A stretch of 43,888 nucleotides of DNA from a virus (Duplodnaviria > Caudoviricetes): the IMG/VR virus record IMGVR_UViG_3300049917_000046, positions 1-43,888 of that record; one strand, 5' to 3'. The first letter of the stretch is position 1. Each line of letters begins with the position of its first letter. Made by a program: the position numbers and the translations under genes. The notes under the pieces were generated by a model. It searched no databases and was not told the DNA's origin. It saw only the letters and a list, made by a program, of their open reading frames with translations. Positions 1 to 8,795 of this stretch are shown one piece after another.

Positions 1-9
1 AGCTTATGT

Positions 10-20
10 TTGACAGTTAA
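10..20. promoter_or_regulatory. Palindromic operator copy TTGACAGTTAA upstream of primase
   Basis: Exact match to the TTRACWGTYAA motif seen ten times in intergenic DNA. Confidence 0.75.
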
Positions 21-67
21 ATATTTTACTTGACCGTGACCGGGCCGGCGTGTGAGCGTGTCACCAA

Positions 68-2698
68 GTGCGGATCGTCCTCTATAAGAACACCGACCCC
101 GACGGGCGCTTCTTGGGCAAGCGCGACAACAACCCCGCGCCCCTGGACGTCACTTGGGATGAACTCGGCATGCTGCTCGGCGACTTGGTCGAGACGCCCT
201 GCATGGAGCTGCCGCCCGGCACCGCGCCGCGCGCACCGGATGAATCCGAGGTCGACTTCGCCAAGCGGGTCGGTCCCCTGTGCTTGCTCAACGACTCCCA
301 CAACTGCCCGCACAAGAACCGGATGGCGTGGTCGCCCGTCGAGATCGAGGGCACCCGGCTCGACGCAAATGTGAAATGGGTCACTGCCGCGGTCATCGAC
401 TTGGACCGGATGAACGCCGACGCGCTGTTCGGGGTCGCCGAGCGGATCGAGGGTCTGTCGTTCTACCTGCACTCGACTCACTCGCACCGCCCGCCGTACG
501 ACTGCGCGGTGCGGCTCGTGCTGCAACTGTCCGAGCCGATCCACGCCTCGGACTGGCCCGCAGCACTCGCATTCATCGTGCGCGACTTGCAGTTGCCGGC
601 CGACCCGTCTTGCAAGGACCGATCGCGGCTGTACTTCCTGCCCTCGATCTACAGGGGCGGACCCCGCATCTTCTACAAGGGGATCGGCGCACCGATCAGC
701 GTGCCGTCACTGTTGCCGCTCATCTACGACGGCAAGCAGCAACCGGCAGCGCCGCAGCACCGCACGCCGACGCCGCTGCCCGACCTGCCCGTGCTCGACG
801 CAGACTTGCCCGCGGACATCGCGGTGAACTTAGAGTCGCTCCGCGAGCGCCTAAAGCAGGTGCGCTACCGCAAGTCCCGCGGCGGCAAGCCCGAAGACGC
901 CGAGCGCTACGAAGTGCTCGACCGGGTCATCAAGGGAAAGCCGCTCGCCGAGCCGGGCCGGCGCGACGTGTCGGTCAACCAAGCGGCGGCGATCGTGGCG
1001 TGCGCGCTGCCGCCTAAGACCCCGGTCGAAGCGGCGGTCGAGGTCATGCGCACTTCGATCGCGGCGATGGAGTGCGAGCCCGAAGGGGTCGCGTACTGGC
1101 TCGACAAGGCGGCGTACAGCTACAGCCGCGCCATGACCCGCCGGATCGACCGCGACGCCGAGACGGCGCGCGCGAACGCTGCCCTGCGCGAGCGGCTCGC
1201 CGGGCTCGTGCCCAAGCTCAACATCCCCGCAGCACCCCCGACCGCGCCGGCATCGCTGGTACTAGAAGATCCCGAAGTCGCGCCGATAGAGGAGTCGAGC
1301 GCGCAGACCATGCGGCGGACGCTGGCCGACATGGGGATCGCGGACTGGCAAGAGCTGCTCTTGCGCAAGCCGGACGGCGTGAGCCTGCAACCCTGCGGCG
1401 AGAACGTGTTCACGATCTTGACGTTCTCAGATGAGACGACCGGCACCATCAAGTTCAACGAGATCACCAAGACGTTCGACCGGCACGGCGGACCCTTCGA
1501 GAGCACGCGAATCGAGGTGCTCGATCAAGAAGTGCAGGGGTGGATCGCGCGCTACTGGAGCCTGTACATCAACAAAGGCGAGGTGGGCGACCAGATCGCG
1601 CGCTGCGCCTACGACAACGCCTACGACCCGCTACGCGTCTACTTCTCAGGGCTGAAGTGGGACGGCGCCGATCGGCTCTCGACGTTACTAGAGCGGTATG
1701 CGGGCGCGAGTACGGTCAACGGCGCGGGCGCGGACATCACCGGGTACGTGCGCAGCGTCAGCCGCAAGTGGCCGATCTCGGCGGTCGCCCGCGCGCTCGA
1801 TCCCGGCTGCCAGGTCGACACGGTGCTAGTTCTCGAAGGCGTGACCGGCCGGGGCAAGACGTCGTTCTTTCGCATCCTCGGCGGCGAGTTCACCCTAGAG
1901 ACGCAGATCGACCTAGGCAACAAGGATTCGATGCAGCTCTGCGCGACGTCGTGGATCATCGAACTCGCCGAACTCGTCAGCGTCCACAAGTCCGAGTCGA
2001 AGCAACTGAAGGCTTTCTTCACGCGCGTCGTGGACAAGTTCCGGCCCCCCTATGCGCGCACAGTCGTTCCTTATAAGCGGCGGTGCGTCTTCGTGGGCAC
2101 GACCGAAGAAGATGACTACTTGACGGATCGGACGAATCGCCGCTACTGGCCCATCAAGAGCGGGCGCTTCGACCTCGCCGGACTCCGCGCCGACCGCGAT
2201 CAGGTGTGGGCACAGGCTGCCGCGGAGTACGCCGAGTTTAACCGCCTGAAGTCTGCCGGCTGCGCCGACCTGGAGAACCCGTATAGATGGTGGATGACGG
2301 AGGGCGAGCAGGAAGAAGCAAACCGCGAGACTGATGAGCGCTTGCGCGAGAGCGCGATCGACGTGCGGATCGGCGAGTGGTGGTTCGGCACGCACCCGAG
2401 CAAGCGCGACGCGCGGGTCACGACTTCAGAGATCGCCGAGAAGGTCTTCAGGATGACACCGGAGAAGATCGCGGAGCGGCCCGGCGTGCTCATGCAGATC
2501 GGGTCGGCGCTGCGTCACATGGGATTCGAGAAGGGTCGCGAGAACCACAACGGGCAGCGCGCCGCGCACGTCTACCTGCCTAATGAGGCGCTGCGCACTG
2601 CACCGCAGCACGGCAAGGGCTACCACCTGCAACTGATCGCGGCGGCGACCGTGCCCGCGCCGGTCATCTCGATCAGTCAAGAGGTCAAGATACCATGA
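68..2698 (+). CDS. Primase-helicase: N-terminal primase-like domain plus C-terminal VapE/VirE-type P-loop ATPase
   Basis: AVIDLD, YLHSTHSH and DxSCKDRSRLYFLP motifs; Walker A GVTGRGKT, WIIELAEL, RPPYAR, FVGTT...NRRYWP typical of the VapE/VirE family. Confidence 0.88.
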   Translation: MRIVLYKNTDPDGRFLGKRDNNPAPLDVTWDELGMLLGDLVETPCMELPPGTAPRAPDESEVDFAKRVGPLCLLNDSHNCPHKNRMAWSPVEIEGTRLDANVKWVTAAVIDLDRMNADALFGVAERIEGLSFYLHSTHSHRPPYDCAVRLVLQLSEPIHASDWPAALAFIVRDLQLPADPSCKDRSRLYFLPSIYRGGPRIFYKGIGAPISVPSLLPLIYDGKQQPAAPQHRTPTPLPDLPVLDADLPADIAVNLESLRERLKQVRYRKSRGGKPEDAERYEVLDRVIKGKPLAEPGRRDVSVNQAAAIVACALPPKTPVEAAVEVMRTSIAAMECEPEGVAYWLDKAAYSYSRAMTRRIDRDAETARANAALRERLAGLVPKLNIPAAPPTAPASLVLEDPEVAPIEESSAQTMRRTLADMGIADWQELLLRKPDGVSLQPCGENVFTILTFSDETTGTIKFNEITKTFDRHGGPFESTRIEVLDQEVQGWIARYWSLYINKGEVGDQIARCAYDNAYDPLRVYFSGLKWDGADRLSTLLERYAGASTVNGAGADITGYVRSVSRKWPISAVARALDPGCQVDTVLVLEGVTGRGKTSFFRILGGEFTLETQIDLGNKDSMQLCATSWIIELAELVSVHKSESKQLKAFFTRVVDKFRPPYARTVVPYKRRCVFVGTTEEDDYLTDRTNRRYWPIKSGRFDLAGLRADRDQVWAQAAAEYAEFNRLKSAGCADLENPYRWWMTEGEQEEANRETDERLRESAIDVRIGEWWFGTHPSKRDARVTTSEIAEKVFRMTPEKIAERPGVLMQIGSALRHMGFEKGRENHNGQRAAHVYLPNEALRTAPQHGKGYHLQLIAAATVPAPVISISQEVKIP

Positions 2699-2919
2699 GC
2701 ATCATCCGAATGATTGCGGATGGCACCGCCTCGCGCCCGGTCGCGACTTACCGCGTCGATGAGCCTGCACCCGGTCGACGATTCATAGAGCGGACGAATT
2801 CCGGTATGCTGCGCGTCGCGGTGCTGCCGCACCCATCCGGCTTGTGCCGGATCTGGAACCTGCCCGATGCGGTCGATCGGGCTCGCGCGACCATGCGCGA
2901 AGCCGGGGTCGCGCTGTGA
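2695..2919 (+). CDS. Hypothetical protein (74 aa)
   Basis: ATGA overlap with the primase stop; GTGA overlap with the next gene. Confidence 0.7.
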   Translation: MSIIRMIADGTASRPVATYRVDEPAPGRRFIERTNSGMLRVAVLPHPSGLCRIWNLPDAVDRARATMREAGVAL

Positions 2920-4739
2920 CCGAACCATTTACAGAACGCCGCCGCGCCGTCTACAACGGCACGATCAACTTCCTGAGCGTGTCGAGCGTCACCATGTTCG
3001 ACCCGTCGCAGGATGGCGGCTGCAATCGCGCTTGGTTCTTCCGGTACGTCGAGGGGATCAAGAAGCCGGAGAACGTTCAGGGCGTAGACATCCACAAGCA
3101 GATCGAGCACTACTACAAGACCGGCGAAGACGTGCTCACACCGATCGTACGCGCGGGCAAGCACTTCATGCCGGCACGCGGCGAAGACCTCCTTATCGAG
3201 CACAAGATCGACGAGTCGAGTCGGGCGCTGACCGCGCGCGGCATCCCGTTCCGGCTCTCGATCGACCTCGCGCACAGTCGCGGCACCTTCATCGACTCAA
3301 CCGGCGAAGTGAAGCAAGACCGGCCGAAGACCGCGGAAGTCATCGATTGGAAGTCGATCGCCGACATCGCCAAGTACGCCAAGCGCGGACCTCAGCTCAT
3401 AGATACGATCCAGATGGCCGGATACGGCGAGACGATCCGCCGCGCCGATCCGTCGCTGGACTATGCGCGACTGTCGCACGTGTATTTTCAGACTCGCGGG
3501 CGCAAGCACTCCGAAAAACGCACCGCGCTCTTTTTGATTGAAACTGTTAAAGATCGCTGGCAAGGTGTTGAAAACGTCGTCGATCAGATGGTCGACGTCG
3601 CCAAGGAAGTCGACGCGATGCGCGTCGATCCAAACTGGGATAGCTGCGGCGCATACGGCGGATGTTTCTACCGCGAGCGGTGCCCGCGTTCACCGGATCG
3701 TGTGATCCTCGATCTATTCGGAAAGGGTAAAGGGATGTCACTCCTCAAGACGCTACAAGCGCAGACGGGTCTAACAGGTCTTCCTTCGCAAGCCGCCGGC
3801 ACTGCGCCGCCACCTTCGCCGCCGCCCGGATTCCGCGAAGCCGCGCCCGCTTCCACCACACCGCAGCTCGTGCAGATGAGCACCGCAGCGAACACGGTGC
3901 CGACCGCGCCGCCCGGTGTGCAGACTCCGGACATGGCCGCGCGCCGCGCCGCGATCGAAGCGCAGATGGCGGCACTGCAAATGGAAGAAGCGGCGGCGAT
4001 GAATCGCACCCCGCCCGCGCCGATCCAACCGGCGACCAGCTCGCCAACATGCCCGCTCTGCCTCGAACCGTTCACCGTGCAGAACGTCAGCCGCCTGCCC
4101 GATGGGACGCTCTTTCACGTCGGCTGCCCGAAGCGCAGCGGCGTGAACCCGCCCGATGCCGCGCGCTCGTTGCCCCACACCGCCGCGATGCCGGTGCCGG
4201 TCGAAGTGATCCCCACCCTGCCGCCGGCCGTGGCTGCTGCGGCGCAGGCTCACGCGCAAGCGGTCGCACTGGCGAACGCCGGACACGCGCAGCCGCAGGC
4301 AGTCGCGACCATGGGTGCGATGCAGACGCCGGCCCCGCCCGCAGCCGCACCGGAGAAGCCGGCGCGCAAGCGGACCCGGAAGCCGGCGCAGACCCCGAGC
4401 GCGGAAGCCGGTCCGGCGTCGGAGTCGGGCGGCAGCGGGATCGTGCTGTTCACCGACGTCGTGCCGGTCAAGGGTCTGTCGCTCCAATCCTTGGAGGATT
4501 ACATCGAGGACATCTGCGACCAGATCTGCGAAGCGTCCGGTGCGTCCGACATCCGGTTCGCGCACGAGCAGTCGGCCATCAGCTTCGGCAAGTGGCGCGG
4601 AGCGCTCGCCGCCGCCGTGAAGTCCGCGCCGCCGCCGGCCGGCAACTACCTGATCTCGTACGCGGGCGAGTCCGAGATCAAGCAAGTCGTAGTCGAGGCG
4701 CTCACCTCGATCGCCGACGTCGTCGTGCGGGGTCGCTGA
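2916..4739 (+). CDS. PD-(D/E)XK nuclease (Cas4/RecB-like) with Pro/Ala-rich linker, Zn-finger and C-terminal domain
   Basis: LSVSSV, GCNRAWFFRY, IDL, VIDWKS, QMAGY and CGAYGGCFYRERC motifs; start moved to GTG 2916, which overlaps the upstream stop. Confidence 0.82.
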   Translation: MTEPFTERRRAVYNGTINFLSVSSVTMFDPSQDGGCNRAWFFRYVEGIKKPENVQGVDIHKQIEHYYKTGEDVLTPIVRAGKHFMPARGEDLLIEHKIDESSRALTARGIPFRLSIDLAHSRGTFIDSTGEVKQDRPKTAEVIDWKSIADIAKYAKRGPQLIDTIQMAGYGETIRRADPSLDYARLSHVYFQTRGRKHSEKRTALFLIETVKDRWQGVENVVDQMVDVAKEVDAMRVDPNWDSCGAYGGCFYRERCPRSPDRVILDLFGKGKGMSLLKTLQAQTGLTGLPSQAAGTAPPPSPPPGFREAAPASTTPQLVQMSTAANTVPTAPPGVQTPDMAARRAAIEAQMAALQMEEAAAMNRTPPAPIQPATSSPTCPLCLEPFTVQNVSRLPDGTLFHVGCPKRSGVNPPDAARSLPHTAAMPVPVEVIPTLPPAVAAAAQAHAQAVALANAGHAQPQAVATMGAMQTPAPPAAAPEKPARKRTRKPAQTPSAEAGPASESGGSGIVLFTDVVPVKGLSLQSLEDYIEDICDQICEASGASDIRFAHEQSAISFGKWRGALAAAVKSAPPPAGNYLISYAGESEIKQVVVEALTSIADVVVRGR

Positions 4740-4740
4740 C

Positions 4741-5115
4741 ATGTCGAGGATCCGCATCGCGATAAGCGGGCAGCAGGGCACAGGCAAGAGTCAGATCGCC
4801 GACATGCTCGCGTTCTACCTGCAAGAGTACAGCTCTCGGCAGATCAAGGTAGACGGCGAGCGCTACTTACTCGCTGACCAAGAACCTGACCTGCGCGTGC
4901 CTGATCACGTCCAAGAGGTCGAGATCGACACGTTCATCGAGATGCCGTGCGACTTCGCTGACAACATCGTCGGTCAGGTCAGCGCGAAACGCTTCCGCGA
5001 TGCGGATCCCGAAGTCGCTCACCACGTGCGCCGCCTGCTCGAAGTCGGCCTATTGCCGGCACCTGTGGCCGAGAGGATCTTGATCAAGTCGGGCGCGCGG
5101 GGTACGCCGAAGTGA
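4741..5115 (+). CDS. Small protein with N-terminal Walker A motif
   Basis: RIAISGQQGTGKSQIA; tightly packed in the operon. Confidence 0.65.
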   Translation: MSRIRIAISGQQGTGKSQIADMLAFYLQEYSSRQIKVDGERYLLADQEPDLRVPDHVQEVEIDTFIEMPCDFADNIVGQVSAKRFRDADPEVAHHVRRLLEVGLLPAPVAERILIKSGARGTPK

Positions 5116-5405
5116 TGGGCGCGGCGCAGATCATACTTCGGGATACGGGCGATGGGCGGGTCGAGGTGGCCGTCATGACTGCGCAGCTCGGCCCGATCGA
5201 CATGAGCCGCGCCGTTCTCGGTCTGCTGCTGTCGGCGCTCGGCCAAGTGGCCGACGTGCGGGGGATCGGCGAGGGGCTCGCGCGCGGCGACAAGATGATC
5301 ACGGACAAGGTCATGATCATGCAGACGGGCGAAGCGGTCACGATCGATGAATCGGTCAACGCGCTCGACCTCGACACCCTCATGCAGTGCGGGGGGCATG
5401 CTTAA
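5112..5405 (+). CDS. Hypothetical protein (97 aa)
   Basis: Overlaps the upstream stop and fills the gap before the helicase. Confidence 0.65.
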   Translation: MMGAAQIILRDTGDGRVEVAVMTAQLGPIDMSRAVLGLLLSALGQVADVRGIGEGLARGDKMITDKVMIMQTGEAVTIDESVNALDLDTLMQCGGHA

Positions 5406-5407
5406 TT

Positions 5408-7321
5408 ATGGACCTCGCCGCGCGCTTGCGAGAAGTCGATCCAAACTACGACCCGAGCAAACCTGCAGTCGCGGATTGGATCTCAGGTGCGGAGCGTCCG
5501 GCATACGGGAACGGTAGCCGGTCGCGCGCTGCGGTCAAGCAGTCCGGCGAAGTCGAACGGGTGCTCGCCCTGCCTCGCCGGCCACAGACCGACCTCGACA
5601 CCGTGCGCGGCGAAGCGCTCGTCGAACTCATGACCTCGCGCCTTCGCCGGCACCGCACAGACCGCTGCGACTGCTTGAGCAGGGGCCGACCCTGCATCAC
5701 GAAGCTGCGCCCGGCTCAAGCGTGGGCGCTATTTGAGGCGCCTCAAGTAGGCGGGCTCGATGGTCTGATAGGAGTCGGCCACGGCAAGACCGCCTTGAAT
5801 ATCTTGATGCCCCTGGTCATGCCGGGGTGCAAGCTCGCCGTCGTGCTGATCAAGCCGGGGCACCAAGAAACGCTCATGCGCGAATATCTGCGATGGCGCG
5901 AGCACTTCATCGTTCCGTCGATCGTGATGGGCGAGCAGGGTTACCATGTCACAGGTCGCCCGGTGCTGCACGTGGTGCCCTATTCGATCTTGAGCCGGCC
6001 GAGTTCGTCGGTATTGCTCGAACAGCTCAAGCCGGATCTAGTCATCGCGGACGAAGCGCAGAACTTGCGGCACCGCGCCGCCGCGCGCACGGCGCGATTG
6101 CTGCGGCTGTTCGCGCAAGCCTACGGCACCCGGCTATGTTGGTGGACAGGATCCGCAGCGAAAGACAGCATCACGAACGTCGCGCACTTGTCGGCGCTCG
6201 CACTCGGCACAGGCTCGCCGCTGCCGATCGACCCCGACGCGGTCGACGAGTGGGCAGCAGCACTCGACCCGACCGACAATCCTGCGCCGGCCGGTGCGCT
6301 GCGCGTCTTCATGCAGTCCGGCGATTCGCTCGCGCGCAGCATGCGGCGCAGGCTGGTCGAGACTCGCGGCGTAGTCGCTACCAAAGAGAGCGCGATCGAC
6401 GCGTCGATCAACCTATATGAGCGGAAGCCGCCCCCCGTGCCGCAGCAGGTCGCGAAGCTGCTAAAGGACGTGCGCGAAACCTGGACGCGACCCGACGGCG
6501 AGGAGTTCGTAGACGCGCTCGAAGTCGCGCGGTGCTTGCGGCAGCTCGCCTGCGGGTTCTACTATCGGTGGAAATATCCGCGAGGCGAGCACCCGGATCT
6601 GATCGATGCTTGGTTTCGAGCGCGCAAGGACTGGCACAAAGAGCTGCGCAAGAAACTAGAGAAGCGCTTGCCGCACCTCGACTCGCCGATGCTCTGCACG
6701 AACGCCGCGATCCGGCACTATCGGGGCACCTACGATCCATCCGTGCCGATAGAGGATAGGCGATCTACAGAACACCTGCCCCGCTGGGCGGCGGTGGGCT
6801 GGCCCGCGTGGCGCGAGATAAAAGATCAGGTACAGCCGGAGACTGAGACGGTGTGGATCGATGACTACCTCGCCCGCGACGCTGCGGAGTGGGCGCGAGA
6901 GCACCGCGGGATCGTGTGGTACGAGTTCGGCGCCTTCGGCAAGAAGGTCGCCGAGATCTCGCAGCTCGCCCGGCATGGCGGCGGACCCGACGCCGAGCGG
7001 CTGATCTTGGCGGAAGATGGGAAGTCTTCAATCATCGCGTCGATCAAGTCACACGGGACCGGGCGCGACGGCTTGCAGTTTCTTTTTAACGAGCAGCTCA
7101 TCGCGAACCCGCCTTCGAGCGGTGAGGGATGGGAGCAGTTGTTTGGGAGATTGCACCGCGAGGGGCAGCGCGCGGATGAGGTCGATTCCTGGGTGTATCG
7201 GCACACGCCGGAGATGCGCGACGCGATTGACCGGGCGGTGATACAAGCGCACTTCGCGCAGGACTTGACGGGCGCTGACCAGAAACTTTTATCAGCCGCC
7301 TGCGACTTCGAGCTTGCTTAG
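5408..7321 (+). CDS. SF2 (SNF2-like) helicase
   Basis: GVGHGKT, IADEAQ, WTGS and EQLFGRLHREGQ motifs; start placed at ATG 5408, after the upstream stop. Confidence 0.85.
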   Translation: MDLAARLREVDPNYDPSKPAVADWISGAERPAYGNGSRSRAAVKQSGEVERVLALPRRPQTDLDTVRGEALVELMTSRLRRHRTDRCDCLSRGRPCITKLRPAQAWALFEAPQVGGLDGLIGVGHGKTALNILMPLVMPGCKLAVVLIKPGHQETLMREYLRWREHFIVPSIVMGEQGYHVTGRPVLHVVPYSILSRPSSSVLLEQLKPDLVIADEAQNLRHRAAARTARLLRLFAQAYGTRLCWWTGSAAKDSITNVAHLSALALGTGSPLPIDPDAVDEWAAALDPTDNPAPAGALRVFMQSGDSLARSMRRRLVETRGVVATKESAIDASINLYERKPPPVPQQVAKLLKDVRETWTRPDGEEFVDALEVARCLRQLACGFYYRWKYPRGEHPDLIDAWFRARKDWHKELRKKLEKRLPHLDSPMLCTNAAIRHYRGTYDPSVPIEDRRSTEHLPRWAAVGWPAWREIKDQVQPETETVWIDDYLARDAAEWAREHRGIVWYEFGAFGKKVAEISQLARHGGGPDAERLILAEDGKSSIIASIKSHGTGRDGLQFLFNEQLIANPPSSGEGWEQLFGRLHREGQRADEVDSWVYRHTPEMRDAIDRAVIQAHFAQDLTGADQKLLSAACDFELA

Positions 7322-7342
7322 TTTTTAACTGTTAAGTAACGT
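7314..7342 (+). promoter_or_regulatory. Putative promoter TTGCTT-17-TAACGT with operator TTAACTGTTAA (7325-7335) in the spacer
   Basis: Sigma70-like spacing; AGGAGGG Shine-Dalgarno before ATG 7363. Confidence 0.6.
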
Positions 7343-7362
7343 CACTGTAGGAGGGTCCGAGA

Positions 7363-7767
7363 ATGAACTATGAAAAGCTGCTTTTGGGATGTTGTTTCGT
7401 CGCCGCGCTCGCCTTCGCTTTCGCCGGGTGTTCTCCCGAGATGCGCGCCAAGATCTGCGCGTTCGTCGGTCGCGCCGTGGTGAAGTGCGGGCCGGAACTC
7501 ATCCGCGAGATCGGCGAGATTCTCTTGCGCCCGGACTGGCAGAAGGGGATCGGCGACAAGGTGGCCGAAGTCGGATTCGACTTAGTCAAGTGCGCCGTAG
7601 ACGCGAACGCCTCGCCGTCCGGTGACAGCCATCCTTCGGACTTGGTATACAGGACAGCGAAAGAGGATCGCGCCAAACTGGCGCAGCAATGGATGATTCA
7701 GAATTCGTCGCAGTTGCGACGTGTGATCAAGAAGGCGAAGACACCAACACGCAGCACAACGGAGTAG
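7363..7767 (+). CDS. Predicted lipoprotein
   Basis: Hydrophobic N-terminus ending in lipobox-like FAGC; strong SD. Confidence 0.7.
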   Translation: MNYEKLLLGCCFVAALAFAFAGCSPEMRAKICAFVGRAVVKCGPELIREIGEILLRPDWQKGIGDKVAEVGFDLVKCAVDANASPSGDSHPSDLVYRTAKEDRAKLAQQWMIQNSSQLRRVIKKAKTPTRSTTE

Positions 7768-7774
7768 TGGAAAC

Positions 7775-8341
7775 ATGGGACAGATCAGCCTTGACCTCTT
7801 GAAGAAGATCGCCAGTGCCCGCGCGACCGGCGGCGGCACGATCATCCGCGATGGGATCTACCGCTTCATGATCCATAAGATGATGATCGAGAAGAAGTGG
7901 AAGGGGGTTTGCTTCATCGTCGAGTTCGAAGTCATCGACGCCAAGCCGGCGATCGATGGCGTCGCACCGAACCCGGTCGGGTCGGTATGTGGTTACGTCG
8001 TCAACCTCGACCGCAATCCGAGCGCGCCCGGCAACACGAAGGCGCTGATCCTCGGCTTACTCGGGATCGACGAGAGCAAGATCACCAACGCCGCCGGCCA
8101 GCCGGCGAGCGAAGACGAGCAGCACGCGCAGATCGCCGAGTGCGTCGCGTGGGCGATCAGCGAGCAGAATCCGTGCCGCGGGATGCTGCTCGACGATGTG
8201 ACCTTCCGCAAGGAAATACAGAGCGGCGCGAACGCCGGCAAGCCGTTCACCGGGCACAACTGGGCGCGAGTCGACCAGACCCCCGAGCAGGTAGCCGCGC
8301 GCCGGGCAGAGATCGACCTGAAGGTCAAGAAGGCGGCTTAG
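7775..8341 (+). CDS. Putative single-stranded DNA-binding (OB-fold-like) protein
   Basis: Position between helicase and polymerase; beta-rich pattern (DGIYRFMI, FIVEFEVI, GKPFTGHNW); function inferred. Confidence 0.5.
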   Translation: MGQISLDLLKKIASARATGGGTIIRDGIYRFMIHKMMIEKKWKGVCFIVEFEVIDAKPAIDGVAPNPVGSVCGYVVNLDRNPSAPGNTKALILGLLGIDESKITNAAGQPASEDEQHAQIAECVAWAISEQNPCRGMLLDDVTFRKEIQSGANAGKPFTGHNWARVDQTPEQVAARRAEIDLKVKKAA

Positions 8342-8650
8342 TTCGCCTTCTGTAGTTCCTCGCTTCGGCGAGGTGTGGAGTAGGACGAAGACGATAGAGC
8401 CGGTCGCGCGGATGATCGATCGTACATGACTACCGCATGCCCGACCCAAACTAAGAGACGACGACGCACGAACGCAGCCGCCGCCAGTCCCGGCGAGTAA
8501 GGATATGGGAATCGTACCGAGTGCGCCAAACTGAAGGGACGAGCATCATCCCGCGTAAGCTACGCGCACAGATCGGGCGACCGTTCGCAACGGTGTCGCG
8601 TGAGGTATGGGGTGCGTCGTCGTCTCTGTTCTCTTTTGTGAAGGAGAGGA
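8342..8650 (+). ncRNA. Candidate structured non-coding RNA or cis-regulatory leader
   Basis: Perfect 16-bp long-range complement 8454-8469/8612-8627; cUUCGg hairpin CCTCGC-TTCG-GCGAGG; several internal hairpins; no convincing ORF. Confidence 0.55.
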
Positions 8651-8654
8651 AGCG

Positions 8655-8795
8655 TTGTTAAACGGCTTAGCCTATTCCTTGAAACGTCGCTTTGGTGATG
8701 GCGGTATCTGGCGCGACCAAGCTCGAAAGCAGATCGATATGATCCGATTAGTCCGCTTGGTTCGACAGTCACGTTTGATCCGGGGAGATTGCTAA
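8655..8795 (+). CDS. Small basic protein (46 aa, TTG start) abutting polA
   Basis: AAGGAGAGG SD at 8641-8649; TAA stop immediately followed by the polA ATG. Confidence 0.45.
   Translation: MLNGLAYSLKRRFGDGGIWRDQARKQIDMIRLVRLVRQSRLIRGDC

Noticed and set aside
3540-3550. Operator-like GAAACTGTTAA inside the nuclease gene (also TTAACAGTGTC at 32019)
   Set aside because: Two or more mismatches to the consensus; may be chance.
8342-8650. tRNA, hammerhead ribozyme or true retron
   Set aside because: No cloverleaf with a T-loop, CTGAAGG does not complete a hammerhead core, and no reverse transcriptase (YxDD) gene was seen.
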